Source: Eledone cirrhosa (Eukaryota). From it: a stretch of 64,000 nt of DNA. The notes under the pieces were generated by a model that saw nothing but the letters and a program-made list of their open reading frames with translations, made no database searches and had not been told where the DNA came from. Where the stretch lies: the NCBI GenBank assembly GCA_964016885.1, contig OZ024763.1, forward strand, positions 19,530,001 through 19,594,000, written 5' to 3'. Position numbers and translations under genes: made by a program. Positions 29,192 through 42,507 of this stretch are shown here, one piece after another (position 1 is the first letter of the stretch; each line of letters begins with the position of its first letter).

Positions 29192-30396
29192 GGCGAAATC
29201 CAATTTTAGCGGCATTTAGGCCGCTTACTTGCTGCTTACTTCAATGTATGAGGCTATTCCAACAAATTTACATTCCCCCCTTTTTTTAGCCGTTAAAAGA
29301 AATATAGATTTATTAGAGAGGGGGGTGCTCCCTTCTTCTCTTACCTGTACAAGCCGATATAGAGAGATGGCCCACGTACACGGGCCATTATTGCTACTTT
29401 CACCCATCTTTCTTGGAATTGGCTGGGACTGAGTGCCTTTTTCTCCAAGAGGACTATTTGTTGGCCGGCGACATATCCCCACAGTTTCCTCGTTGCAAAC
29501 GCATCTGGGACATTTCTTTTCCAAGGGGTTTCTGTCCCGGAATCCGTGTCTGTAGAGCCTTTCCCCGAACGGGCAGGGCCCCTCGGTATAATAGTAAGTA
29601 TTAGTGGTTGTAATAAAAATGCAATCAAAATGTAATAAATACTTTCACTGATTTCTTTCCTTATATTATCAACAGAAGTTGGTATGTCACCCAAAGTTCG
29701 CTTTGTATGTTCCCGAATAGCAGTGAATTTTGATAAAATTGTTTCTAATTCCTTCTCCACAGTAAGACAAATATCCATGTGTAGTTGAAGAGGATAAGTA
29801 TGAAAGAACAGTCATTTAAATTTACAGATGGACAGATGTGGTGTTTGGCAGGGTTTGAGATATATAGAAAAATAATTATTTACAGAAAAAGAAAATAATA
29901 ATAAAGAATTATTATAATTTTTTTAAAAATTTATATCTTTTTGGACTTTTATTACAACCACTAATACTATTATACCGAGGGGCCCTGCCCGTTCGGGGAA
30001 AGGCTCTACAGACACGGATTCCAGGACGGAAACCCCTTGGAAAAGAAATGTCCCAGATGCGTTTGCAACGAGGAAACTGGGGGGATATGTCGCCGGCCAA
30101 CAAATGGTCCTCTTGGAGAAAAAGGCACTCAGTCGCAGCCAATTCCATGAAAGATGGGTGAAAGTAGCAATAATGGCCCGTGTACGTGGGCCATCTCTCT
30201 ATATCGGCTTGTACAGGTAAGAGAAGAAGGGCGCACCCCCGTCTAATAAATCGCCCCCAAAAAAAAAAAATCTATATTTCTTTTAACGGCTAAAAAAAGG
30301 GGGGAATGTAAATTTGTTGAAATAGCCTCATACATTGAAGTAAGCGGCAACTGCAGCAAGTAAGCGGTATTTAGGCCACTAAAATTGAATATCGCC
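29192..30396. mobile_element. Non-autonomous fold-back DNA transposon (Merlin-like), ~430-bp inverted arms, 8-bp TSD
   Basis: AATGACTG at 29184-29191 and 30397-30404. Ends GGCGAAATCC... and ...AATATCGCC. Arms about 29192-29618 and 29947-30396 are reverse complements. Confidence 0.9.
29643..29778 (-). pseudogene. RMND5: Captured first coding exon of an RMND5/GID2-like gene
   Basis: MDICLTVEKELETILSKF...RTLGDI...IRKEISE resembles the RMND5A N-terminus (MDQCVTVERELEKVLHKF..., recalled from memory) and is followed by a donor-like A|GTATTT. Confidence 0.75.
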
Positions 30397-30496
30397 AATG
30401 ACTGAGATTGACCTACATCTCATGAATGCCATGGAAGATCGTAGCGTCTAAAAGAGAAGAGTAGAATTGTTGAGGCCAATCCACCTGATCTAATAA

Positions 30497-30955
30497 ATAA
30501 TAATTGTTTCTACTTTAGGCACAAGGCCAGCAAAGAACAGTGCATTACTGGTACTTTATTTTATCGACCCCGTAAGGATGAAAGGCAAAGTCAACCTCGG
30601 CAGGATTTGAACTCAGATCGTAAAGGGACGTAACTATGCTGGAAAGCATGGCGTCCGACCCTCTACCGATACTGCTACTCCACCGCCCTTCTGATAAATA
30701 ATAATAATAATAATTGTTTCTACTTTAGGCACAAGGCCAGCAAATTGCAGTACATTACTGGTAGTTTATTTTATTGACCCCGTAAGGATGAAAGGCAAAG
30801 TCAACCGCGGCGGGATTTTCTACATTTTGCACAGTGCATTACTGGTACTTTATTTTATCGACCCTGTAAGCATGAAAGGCAAAGTTAATAATAATAGTAT
30901 ATATTAATTGTTTCTACTTTTGGCACAAGGCCAGCAATTACCCAGTGCATTATAA
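30497..30955 (-). mobile_element. Cluster of full and partial SINE family A copies
   Basis: Repeated aattgtttctacttt..gcacaaggccagc...ggatgaaaggcaaag. Confidence 0.85.
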
Positions 30956-32579
30956 TAGTATATATTAATGAAAGTTAATTACAGTGAAATGTGTTGGAAA
31001 TCATTCTCAGATACATCCTGTAGAAAGTTCCACTTTATATTATTTATCATTAAGGTTTCTTACAGAGACACAATCTCATTTCATTGCTGAGGGTGGTGGA
31101 TAGGCAGAATCAATACAGCATTCGACAACATACTTTCTGTAATATAGTTACATCCCTTTACATTCTGCTGATTTCCTCCTCAAAATTAGAAAGACAACAG
31201 CCCACTTGAGGAAGGAGTTCCACGAGGTGGAGTGGATGTTGCAGTAGGTGACAGGCGTATAACGTCTGTCCCTCGGCAGTACCGGTAGAGGGTCGGGCAC
31301 CATGCTTTGACGCATAGAGTTACGGCCCTTGCCATTCTGAGTTCAAATCCTTCCGAGGTTAACTTTGCCTTTCATCCTTACGGGGTCAGTAAAATAAAGT
31401 ACCAGTAATACACTGTTATATTTGATGGCCTTATGCCAAAAAGTAGAAACAATTATTTTCGCTGCTTGATTCGTTTTCGTTTTTCTTCTTTACATTTCCA
31501 TTTCTTAAATATTTTATGACCATTAACAATGTGTTTTGTTTTAATATGAACAGTCATGTAAAATTCGTAATGTTATTTATACAAATCTGAATAAAGAAAT
31601 AGCATATTGATAAAACGTATAAATTAATATAACTGAAGGTTTTTCTGAATATATTAAATTAAGTAGGGGACTTTTAAGTCATGACACCGACTTCAAGTAG
31701 ACAATAGAAAATTATCATCTACATCAGCTCCAACGTTGCCACTTGTACCTAATATAATTTTATCTTTTATGGTGATAATTTCATATTAAGGTGAACATTA
31801 TTGTTTGTAAATAATATAAAGTGACTTATTTACCTTATAGTTGTTGTTTTATCACCTGTTTTATTAAATATTTCATTTCATCAAAAACAACACCCAACAT
31901 CGTGAAGTGGTTGTTCAACATTTTACAGGACAGGAAAATATTATTTTAGTGAGAAATCAGTGAACATTTAGTTTTTACTAAATTTTCTTGACTTTATATT
32001 TGGTCTTGAAAACTGAAGTACGTATTATTTCGTTTTCCATCACAACAAAAACATTTTGAACTTTTTCTACTATCTGTAGTGAAATATCTTGATTTATTAC
32101 AACACGTACACACATATTTCTACACACGTCTATTTATTACTCTGTCTCATACGTACACACTGCATGTCTATATATATATATTAACTTTTGTCTTATGTAA
32201 TTATGAATATTAATTCTCTTGTGACCTGAATTGTCGTCAATAACAAGGACCTTTGTTTCGAAGACATATTCGTCTGTTTTATGAGCTGAAGATTTTAGTG
32301 TGCCTACTGCTTCTCCCACTACAACAAAAATAATAGTTGAATACTCCAGAATAATTTCTCTCTCTCTTCATCCAAGATCAATTTTACGCTGCCATGCGTC
32401 TTATTACTTATACCGAGTGCTACATTACAACTTTGTAGAAGAAGAAAGCCGTGTCCTGCAGTCTTTTATGGACACTGTTGTATATTAGACTACATAGTAT
32501 CTATTGACGATTTCTACATTTCTTAATATATGAGTAAAAGTGATGAGAATCCTTTATGTAAAGATCACTAGCTAGAAAT

Positions 32580-33674
32580 ATGTCTGAATATAGCTGTGAG
32601 ATTTGCAGGAAAACTTTCTCTTCAAAACTAAAACTATCCTCACACGAGAAAATACACAGTGGAGAAAAACCCTATAACTGTGAAATATGTGGGAAATCTT
32701 TCACTAGTAATTCTAATCTTGTCATTCACATACGGAGTCACACTGGAGAAAGACCCTTCCACTGTGAAATATGTGGGAAATCTTTCACTAATAATTATAA
32801 CCTTGTCGTCCACATACGGAGTCACACTGGAGAAAAGCCCTTCCACTGTGAAATATGTGGGAAATCTTTTGTCTGCAACACAGACTTGAAAAGGCATATA
32901 AGAACACACACAGGAGAAAAACCTTATTCATGTGAAATATGTGAGAAATCTTTTTCTCGAGGTTCTACACTTGTACATCATAAAAGAATACACACTGGTG
33001 AAAAACCTTATTCATGTGATATATGTGGGAAATCTTTTTCTCATAGTTCTCATCTTGTAGATCACAAAAGAATACACACAGGAGAAAAACCTTATTCATG
33101 TGAAATATGTGGGAAATCTTTTTCTCAGGGTTCTCCTCTTGTAAAACACAAAAGAGTACACACAGGAGAAAAACCTTATTCATGTGATATATGTGGGAAA
33201 TCTTTTTCTGAAGGTTCTTACATTGTAAAACACAAAAGAATACACACAAGAGAAAAACCGTTCCATTGTGAAATATGTGGGAAATCTTTTTTTCAAGGTT
33301 TTTCACTTGTAAATCACAAAAGAATACACACAGGAGTAAAACCTTATTCATGTGATATATGTGGGAAATCCTTTTCTTATAGTTCTCATCTTGTAGATCA
33401 CAGAAGAATGCACACCGGAGAAAAACCTTATTCATGTGATATATGTGGGAAATCCTTTTCTCATAATTCTGTTCTTGTAAAACATAAAAGAATACACGCT
33501 GGTGAAAAACCGTTCCATTGTGAAATATGTGGGAAATCTTTTTCTCAAGGTACTACACTTGTAAATCACAAAAGAATACACACAGGAGAAAAACCTTATT
33601 CATGTGAAATATGTGAGAAATCCTTTTCTTGTAGTTCTCATCTTGTAGATCACAAAAGAATACATGCTGGATAA
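32580..33674 (+). CDS. Tandem C2H2 zinc-finger protein (ZNF-4), 13 fingers
   Basis: Intact ORF with in-linker TAA stop (GCTGGA TAA AAGCCT). Confidence 0.92.
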   Translation: MSEYSCEICRKTFSSKLKLSSHEKIHSGEKPYNCEICGKSFTSNSNLVIHIRSHTGERPFHCEICGKSFTNNYNLVVHIRSHTGEKPFHCEICGKSFVCNTDLKRHIRTHTGEKPYSCEICEKSFSRGSTLVHHKRIHTGEKPYSCDICGKSFSHSSHLVDHKRIHTGEKPYSCEICGKSFSQGSPLVKHKRVHTGEKPYSCDICGKSFSEGSYIVKHKRIHTREKPFHCEICGKSFFQGFSLVNHKRIHTGVKPYSCDICGKSFSYSSHLVDHRRMHTGEKPYSCDICGKSFSHNSVLVKHKRIHAGEKPFHCEICGKSFSQGTTLVNHKRIHTGEKPYSCEICEKSFSCSSHLVDHKRIHAG

Positions 33675-33902
33675 AAGCCTTATTCATGTGAAATTTTTCA
33701 TATAGAATTCTACACTGGTTGTTCACAAACGTAGTCAACATTAGTGATAAACCCTGAAATGTGAAACGCACAAATATGCAGACACACTCTGGAAAGAAGA
33801 TAAAATGTGAAGCTTGAGAAATCCTCTTATACATCTCAACATATATGTGTGTGTGTGTGTATATATATATATATGTTTTTATTTAATATTTATATATATA
33901 TA

Positions 33903-35337
33903 CTAGCAGTGGTACCTGGCGTTGCACAGGATAAGGTATTTTGGAATGCGGGCCGCCAACAGACCTAATTGTGGAAAAACTGCATGCCTGGACAATATGT
34001 AAAGAAAATAAACCGAATACTCTGATGGCTGGATAATCTAAGATTTTCCTCGATGAAGCAGGAAAAGGCAGGTTTTCATCTAATGCAGCCCCTAGGGGAT
34101 CAAGAAAATAAATTTTTTTTATGTGCATAATATGCCTTGAAATTTCAAGATAATCGGCTAGATTTAACGCCACAAAAGAGCCCTAAAAAGATGAAAACAA
34201 TGAAGTATTTCACCTAATGCGGGCCATAGGCCATAAAAAAGTTGGATTTTCTTTGCTCACAGTATGAAGAAGAGACTAACTAATACATAGTTACAATTTC
34301 AAGGAGATCGGTCTCGCGTAACGCCTCAAAAAAACCCTACAATGCTGGAAAAAACGCAGTTTTTCACCTGATTCGGGGCCCTAGGATATCAGAAAGTTGA
34401 ATTTTTTTTTTTATTTGCATAACACTCCCTGAAATATACATGTGAAGTTTGAAAAAGATCGGTTGGGTATTTCTCAGGTTTCACATACATGCGCACACAT
34501 ACATACATCCTTCCTCAGTTTTATATATATACATATCATCATTTCATTTTACGTCCGCTTTTCCCTGCTTGCAAGGGTGGGACGGGAACTGATTCTGGCT
34601 TGATTTCTACAGCTGGATGCCCTTCCTAACACCAACCTCATTTACAGTGAGTGCTGGGTGCTTTTTTGCCGTGGCACCTCCACAACCACTTTGCATTGGA
34701 ATGATAGGTACCCCAGTCCCTATCATCTCATTTCTACATCTGCGTAAACTGGAGCAATGTGAAATAAAGTGGCTTGCTCAAGGAAACAACACATCACCCG
34801 GTCTGAGAATTGAACTCACAACCTTTCGATTGCAAGACCAATGTTCTAACCACTAAGCCATGTGCCTCCATATATATAGATTAAAATAACAGAATAAAGT
34901 TTAAGCAAACAATCGTTGCTTTCACCCTTAACAGGATCTTCTGAAGCTAAAAACATCAATCTGTGAACGCAGAAGTAAATATTTCGAAAAACTTTGCAAC
35001 CGAAGGAAAACAGGAAGACGATACTTTGGTTCGTGAAGACGTTCCCTGGCAATGAAGGGATCATAGCGAACATAATACGTCATCAATGTTCGTCAGAATG
35101 TTATAATGCAGACAACCAGGCATACAGACAGATATTATATGAGCACAACGGAGATGGATAACCGGCGCCTAACACCCCTTTAACAACAGAAATTTGAAAA
35201 ATAAAAGCTGCAGTTAATATCTTTAGACCGCAAGGAATATATAAATGCAGGTTTGAAGTCAATCAGAGTAGAAATGTGGATTTGTATAGACTTTGCAAAA
35301 ATGAGGACACAGACAACATCAGTTTTATATATAGAGA
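33903..35337 (-). mobile_element. Non-autonomous Helitron (composite)
   Basis: Minus strand begins TCTCTATATATAAAACTG and ends with hairpin CCTGTGCAACGCCAGG plus CTAG. Inserted in a TA run and absent from the paralogous flank near 2510. Confidence 0.75.
34535..34870 (-). mobile_element. Full-length SINE family B with RTE-like 3' tail, nested in the Helitron
   Basis: TGGCTTAGTGG A-box, GTTCAATTC B-box, and tail GTGTTAGGAAGGGCATCCAGC...GGACGTAAAATGAAATGATGAT. Absent from the Helitron copy at 43110. Confidence 0.85.
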
Positions 35338-35959
35338 TATTACTCCCTCAAACGGAAGAAATATACTCATATATCGAAGATTACCACAATAACTAGGGAG
35401 TGGAGGACAAGATATGCTGGACATATTATTTCGTTTTCCATCACAGCACAAACATTGTGAACTTTTCTACTATCTGAAGTGAAATATCTTGATTTATTAC
35501 AACACGTACTCACATATTTCTACACACATACGTCTATTTATTTCTCTCTCTCTCTCATACGTACACACTATGTCTGTATATATATTAACCTTTATCTTAT
35601 GTAATTATGAATATTAATTCTCTTGTGACCTGAATTGTGTTCAATAACAAGGACCTTAACTTTCGAAGACATATTCGTCTGTTTTATGAGCTGAAAATTT
35701 GAGTGTGCCTACTGCTTCTCTCACTATAACAAAAATAATAGTGGAATACTCCAGAATAATTTCTCTCTTCGTCCAAGATCAGTTTTATGCTGTCATGCGT
35801 CTTATTACTTGTACCGAGTGCTACATTACAACTTTCTATAAGAAGAAAGCCGTGTCCTGCAGTCTTTTATGGACACTGTTGTATATTAGACTACATGGTA
35901 TCTAACGATATCTACATATCTTAATATATGAGTAAAAGTGATGAGAATGCTTTATGTAA

Positions 35960-36631
<672 letters not shown>

Positions 36632-37799
36632 TAAACCCCATCACTGTGAAATGGGAAATTCAAATATACAGACACACTCTGGAAAGAAGATAATATATGA
36701 AACTTGTGAAATCCTTCTCTTATACATCTCAACATATATGTGTGTGTATATATATATATATTTATTTCGAATATATTAAACAATGGGAAGAAATATACTT
36801 CCATATATTGAAGATAACCATAATAACTAGGGAGTGGAAGACAATATATGCTGGACATTGCTACTGAAGATAGCATGACCTGATGAGCTGGCTACTGTGG
36901 TGGATACCTAAACGTGGGATGACTGAGATTGACTTACATAGATCAGATGTCTCTGGATGTCCAGCTGGAGATCTCAGAAATGCCATGGAAGATTGTGATA
37001 TCTAAAAAGAGAAGAGTAGAATTGCTCTTGCAAATCCACCTGACCTAATAAATAATATTAATATATAATAATGAAAAGTAATAAAATCCTGTTGAGGTTA
37101 GCTTTACTTTTGACTACACCATTTAAAAAAAAAGATCGATGTGTTTATTTTAAAAACCCTAACTGGTTTGTTCATATTAATGATAAAATATCCACAATTA
37201 TGTGTAAATAAAAACAATTTTATAACTTTAATATTTGTTGAATGGTACTTTCATGACAGTTCATGTGACTTTTTTAAAAATAATTAACATTTGAAAATAC
37301 TTTATAACTTTCTGCTCTTTATCTTCACTTATTCTTGAGAGCGTTGTAGTGGGTAGAGTCCTCACACACCTCTTCTAGGTCCTGTGTGTGTAAAATTTCC
37401 TCTATACCCTACACAACACCACACAATTCTGCACACACACACCACATCATTACACCATTGGTCTTTCCAATTGATGATATAATCTACAATCTACCAGTTG
37501 GAGCTCCTGGTAGGTAGAACAAGGTGAAATAAAGTGTCTTGCTGAAGGACTTAACACATCAGCTAGTCTAGGAATTGAACTCAGAAACTCATGATTGTCA
37601 ATCCAACTCTCTTACCACTAAGCCACATGTCTTCCTCAGTTTCAGTGATAGTGGACAGTAAATGATGATGATGGTCATTTATTTGATAGATTGACTAGTT
37701 TATCATCTCAGTGGTGTATTATTGCCTTTTTTTTCACAGGGTCTCTTGAAGTTGATGAGTAAAAGGTAATAGAGTATTGGTTAGGGTGTTGGACTCAAT

Positions 37800-38400
37800 A
37801 AGTTCAAGGAGCTACTGCCACTGCTGGCTACAGAAGGCTTCTCCCTCAGAATGAAAGGCAGACTGTATGATATGTGCATACATACAGCTATGCTACATGG
37901 TAGTGAGGCTTGTGCTCTGGGTGCAGAAGACTTGTGTAGAATGGATGTGTAATAGTAATATGCGAGAACGTCGAAGTATAATTGAACTGAGGTATCAAAT
38001 GCAGGAGAGGAGATTGCTTTGGTATGGACATGTGTTGTGTAAGAAGGAAGACAGCTGCATAAAAAAGGGCCGAGCGCTCAGAGTTGCTGGAAGCCTTGAC
38101 ACATGACCTGCATCTCTGGCGATGTGCAGTAATACAGAAGACCCGACTTCCCACGAGCACAAGCTGAAGCATATGTACAGCATGCCACGCCTGCAACACC
38201 CCCAGCTTACACGCTAGAGTGGACGTGTAAAAGACATGGCAGAAAGCACCCAGCCCACACTGTGAATGTGGTTGGCATTAGGAAGCCCGCCAGAAACACC
38301 CCTATATGTTTGGTCACGGTCACCCGACAAAATTTGCCTCAAAATAGGACCCGTCTAACCCATGCTAGCATCGAAGATGGATCTTAATCAATGATGATGA
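37800..38400 (+). mobile_element. RTE LINE 3' fragment, decayed
   Basis: RRLLWYGHVL motif and (GAT)n tail. Confidence 0.8.
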
Positions 38401-38542
38401 TATATATGTAGTGTACACAGTATGTATAGTGCATATATATATATATATATATGATAAATGCTGGGATCAAGCTGATTCAGCCATTCCTCTGGACAACATT
38501 ATATATAGTATATGTATGTAGTATATATATATATACATATAC

Positions 38543-40735
38543 CAGTTGCAACACTAACTTCAAGAAGCCTACCAACCACCTAATAACCTACCAATCAGGC
38601 GAGCACATAAGCCAGATTGACTTCTTGCTAGTTAGGCAATGAGACAGACAGATGGTGTCAAATACTAAGGCATACCTCGGGGAAGAATGTACCCAGTGAC
38701 ATCTCAATAAGCAAGAGACATACAGGAAGGTCTGGAAGCTAAAAGACCTTTCATAAAATATAAATTTAGGAAAGCCTTCAAGATGTGTATGACGAAAAAG
38801 AAGACGATTCAGAATCGTATGACATAGATGATAACTGGAATTTCTTACTTGACAACTTCCTGCAGGCTACTGAAGAAACATGTGGCTGGAGCAGAGAGTG
38901 ACCTGGTAGTGGAAAAGCATGGTAGATAGGGGCCATTAGAGACAAAAGACTAACATGGGATGCTTGGAAAAAATGGTGGGAGTAGAGACCGATACACAGC
39001 CGCTAAGAGAGGAGCTAAATGTCAGGTGTACTTAGCATGCAGGGAGGCTGAGAGTAGGAGGTTTGCCAATGTTCTGTGATGGGAAGATCAAAGATGTGCT
39101 GTGTGTGTCGGTGTAAATCTGGATGTTGTTGGAGATAAGTGTGTCCGAAATGATGCTGGTACTTAGTGTCATTAATGATCAGAAAAGAGAGGCCTGGAAA
39201 TGTCATTATAAGAGACTGATGAATGTGGAGAACGAATGGGAGAGAGAGAAACTACCCCCAGTTGACCCAACAGAGGGACCAGCTATTGAGATTGATGACT
39301 ATAGAGTCCAAGAGGCAATTAAGAAAATGAAAATTGGTAAGGCTGCTGGAACGTCTGGAATAGTTGCTGAGATGCTGAAGACATCAGGAGGAGTAGGAAC
39401 TAAATTGGTTACACACATCATCAATCAAGCTATATATGGCGGAGTCATACACAAAGATTGGTGCAGCAGTATTCTCATAAATTGCTACAAAGGTAAAGGG
39501 GATGCTCTGGAGAGGAACAATTGTAGCGGCATAAAACTGATGGATCAGGTTATGAAAGTGGCAGAAAGAATATTAGCCCAACTAATTAGAAAAAGTGTCA
39601 AATTAGATGAGATGCCTATTGGTTTTGTGCCTTGGAAAAGTACAACAGATGCCCTCTTCTTAGTGAGACAAGTACAAGAGAAGTTCTTAAAGAAGAATAA
39701 GCCACTATACTTAGCTTTTGTTGACCTAGAGAAGGTCTTTCATATGGTACCCTGATCTGTCATCCGGTGGCCCCTAAGGAAACTAGATGAACAGGAATGG
39801 CTTGTGAGGACAGTGCAAGCTATGTACAAGGGTGCTGTCAGTAAAGTGAGAGTAGGAATGGAGTTTAGTGAGGAATTCCAGATACAAGTAGGAGTACATC
39901 AGGGTTCGGTCCTCAGCCCGCTGTTGTTCATTATAGTCCTCCAAGCCATAACAGAGTAGTTTAAAACTGGCTGCCCATGGGAACTTCTCTATGCTGACAA
40001 TCTGGTAATTATAGCAGAATCAGTAGAGGAGCTAGAGAATAAATTCTGGCAATGGAAACAGCAGTTGGAATCAAGAGGTCTAAGAGTGACCCTAGTTAAG
40101 ACAAAAGTGTTGATAAGTAGAAAAGGAGACAAAACCATGATTCCATCTTAAATTCTATAAAATGTACACGATGCAGATCTTGGGAACACAAGAGATGTAG
40201 TGGGATAGGAGGCAAACTTACAGGTAGGGAAAACCATGTATGCAGTAGATGTACAGGTACATTTTTGACAGTAGAAGTCGAAGTGACAGATACATTTTTC
40301 AAATACAGGTGGGTTCTATAGAAGTGGTTCACAGCTTTCGGTACCTAGGTGATCAGATTAGCATGGGAGGAGGTGTTCCGAGGCCATAGTATCTAGAATA
40401 AGGACAGGTGAAGTTTAGGGAGCTGCTTACTCTGTTGACAAAGAAGGGTTTCTCCCTACGAACGAAAGTCCAGTTATATGATGCCTGTGTGAGATGCGCA
40501 ATGCTGCATGGTAGTGAGACATGGGCAGCAACTGCAGAGGATATGCGACGGCTGGAGAGGAATATAGCAAGCACGCTCTGTTGGATGTGCTATGTCAGTG
40601 TGCATGAACGACCAAGCATAGGTGAACAGAGGAGATGACAGAGGTCCGTGAGAAGTGAAGAAATGCTGTGCTGAATAGGACCCATCCCACCATTGCATGC
40701 AGAGAAGAGTGGATGTAAAATGATGATGATGATTA
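38543..40735 (+). mobile_element. RTE LINE, long decayed copy
   Basis: ITYQSG..SQIDFLL (endonuclease end), KMKIGKAAG, KGKGDAL, LAFVDLEK, GVHQGSVLSPLLF, LLYADNL, HGSETW. Confidence 0.9.
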
Positions 40736-41174
40736 TTTCATATTAAGGTGAACATTATTGTTTATAAATAACATAAGGTGACTTATTAACCGTATAGTTG
40801 TTGTTTTATCACCTGTATTATTAAATATTTAATTTCATCACACCCAATATCGTGAAGTGGTTCTTCAACATTTCACAGGACAGGAAAATGAACTTTTCTA
40901 CTATCTGAAGTGAAATAGTTTTATTTATTACGTGTACACACATATTTCTACACACACGTCTGTTTATTTCTCCCTCTCATACGTACACACTGTATGTCTG
41001 TATATATATATATATTAACTTTCTTCTTATGTAATTATGAATATTAATTCTCTTGTGACCTGAATTGTCCTCAATAACAAGGACCTTAACTTTCGAAAAT
41101 TTATTGGTCTGTTTTATGAGCTGAGGATTTTAGTGTGAATAGAGCTTCTCTCACTTTAACAAAAATAATCATAC

Positions 41175-41530
41175 GTATCATCATTTCATCATTTCATTTC
41201 ATTTTACGTCCGCTTTTCCCTGCTTGCAAGGGTGGGACGGGAACTGATTTTGGCTTGATTTCTACAGCTGGATGCCCTTCCTAACACCAACCTCATTTAC
41301 AGTGAGTGCTGGGTGCTTTTTTGCCGTGGCACCTCCACGACCACTTTGCAGTGGAATGAATGATAGGGACCCCAGTCCCTATCATCTCATTTCTACAGCT
41401 GAGTAAACTGGAGCAATGTGAAATAAAGTGTCTTGCTCAAGGAAACAACACATCACCCGGTCTGAGAATTGAACTCACAACCTTTCGATTGCAAGGCCAA
41501 TGCTCTAACCACTAAGCCATGTGCCTCCAT
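41175..41530 (-). mobile_element. Full-length SINE family B with RTE-like tail, inserted upstream of ZNF-6
   Basis: Near-identical to 34535..34870 but at a different site. Confidence 0.85.
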
Positions 41531-41773
41531 ATATATATATATTTAAGACTAGCTTTTTCTTCACCCAAGATAAATTTTACGCTCTCATACGTCTTATTAC
41601 TTGTACCAACTCATTGCTACATTACAACTTTGTAGAAGAAGAAAGCCGTGACCTGCAGTCTTTTATGGACACTGTATATTAGGCTACATGGTATCTATTA
41701 GCGTTATATTCATTTCTTAATATACGAGTAAAAGTGTTGAGAATCCGTTACGTAAAGATCACTAGTTAGAAAT

Positions 41774-42278
41774 ATGTCTGAATATAGCTGTGAGATTTGC
41801 AGAAAAACTTTCCCTTCAAAACTGAAACTATCCTCACATGGGGAAAATACACGGAGAAAAACACTTCCACTGTGAAACATGTGGTAAATCTTTTCCCTTC
41901 AACAGAGACTTGAAAAGGCATATAAGAACACACACTGGAGAGAAACCTTATTCATGTGAAATATGTGAGAAATCTTTTTCTCATAGCTCTCACCTTGTAA
42001 GACACAAAAGAATACACACCGGTGAAAAACCGTTCCATTGTGAAATATGTGGGAAATCTTCTTCACAAGGTTCTACACTTGTACATCACAAAAGAATAGA
42101 CACAGGAGAAAAACCTTATTCATGTGAAATATGTAGGAAATCATTTTCTAGTAATTCTACACATGTACATCACAAAAGAATACACACAGGAAAAAAAACT
42201 TATTCATGTGAAATATGTGGGAAATCCTTTTCTTGTAGTTCTCATCTTGTAGATCACAAAAGAATACACGCTGGATAA
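41774..42278 (+). pseudogene. ZNF-6: +1 frameshift after finger 1; 5 fingers open from ATG 41838
   Basis: CATGGGGAAAATA (4 G) versus CATGGGAAAATA in paralogs. One finger has H>D. In-linker TAA. Confidence 0.75.
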
Positions 42279-42507
42279 AAGCCTTATTCATGTGAAATTT
42301 TTCATATAGAATTCTACACTGCTTGTTCACAAACGTAGTCAACATTAGTGATAAACCCCATCACCCTGAAATGTGAAACACACAAATATGCAGACACACT
42401 CTGAAAAGAAGATAAAATGTGAAGCTTGAGAAATCCTTCTCTGATACATCTCAACATATAAGTGTGTGTATATATATATGTTTTTATTTAATATTTATAT
42501 ATATATA

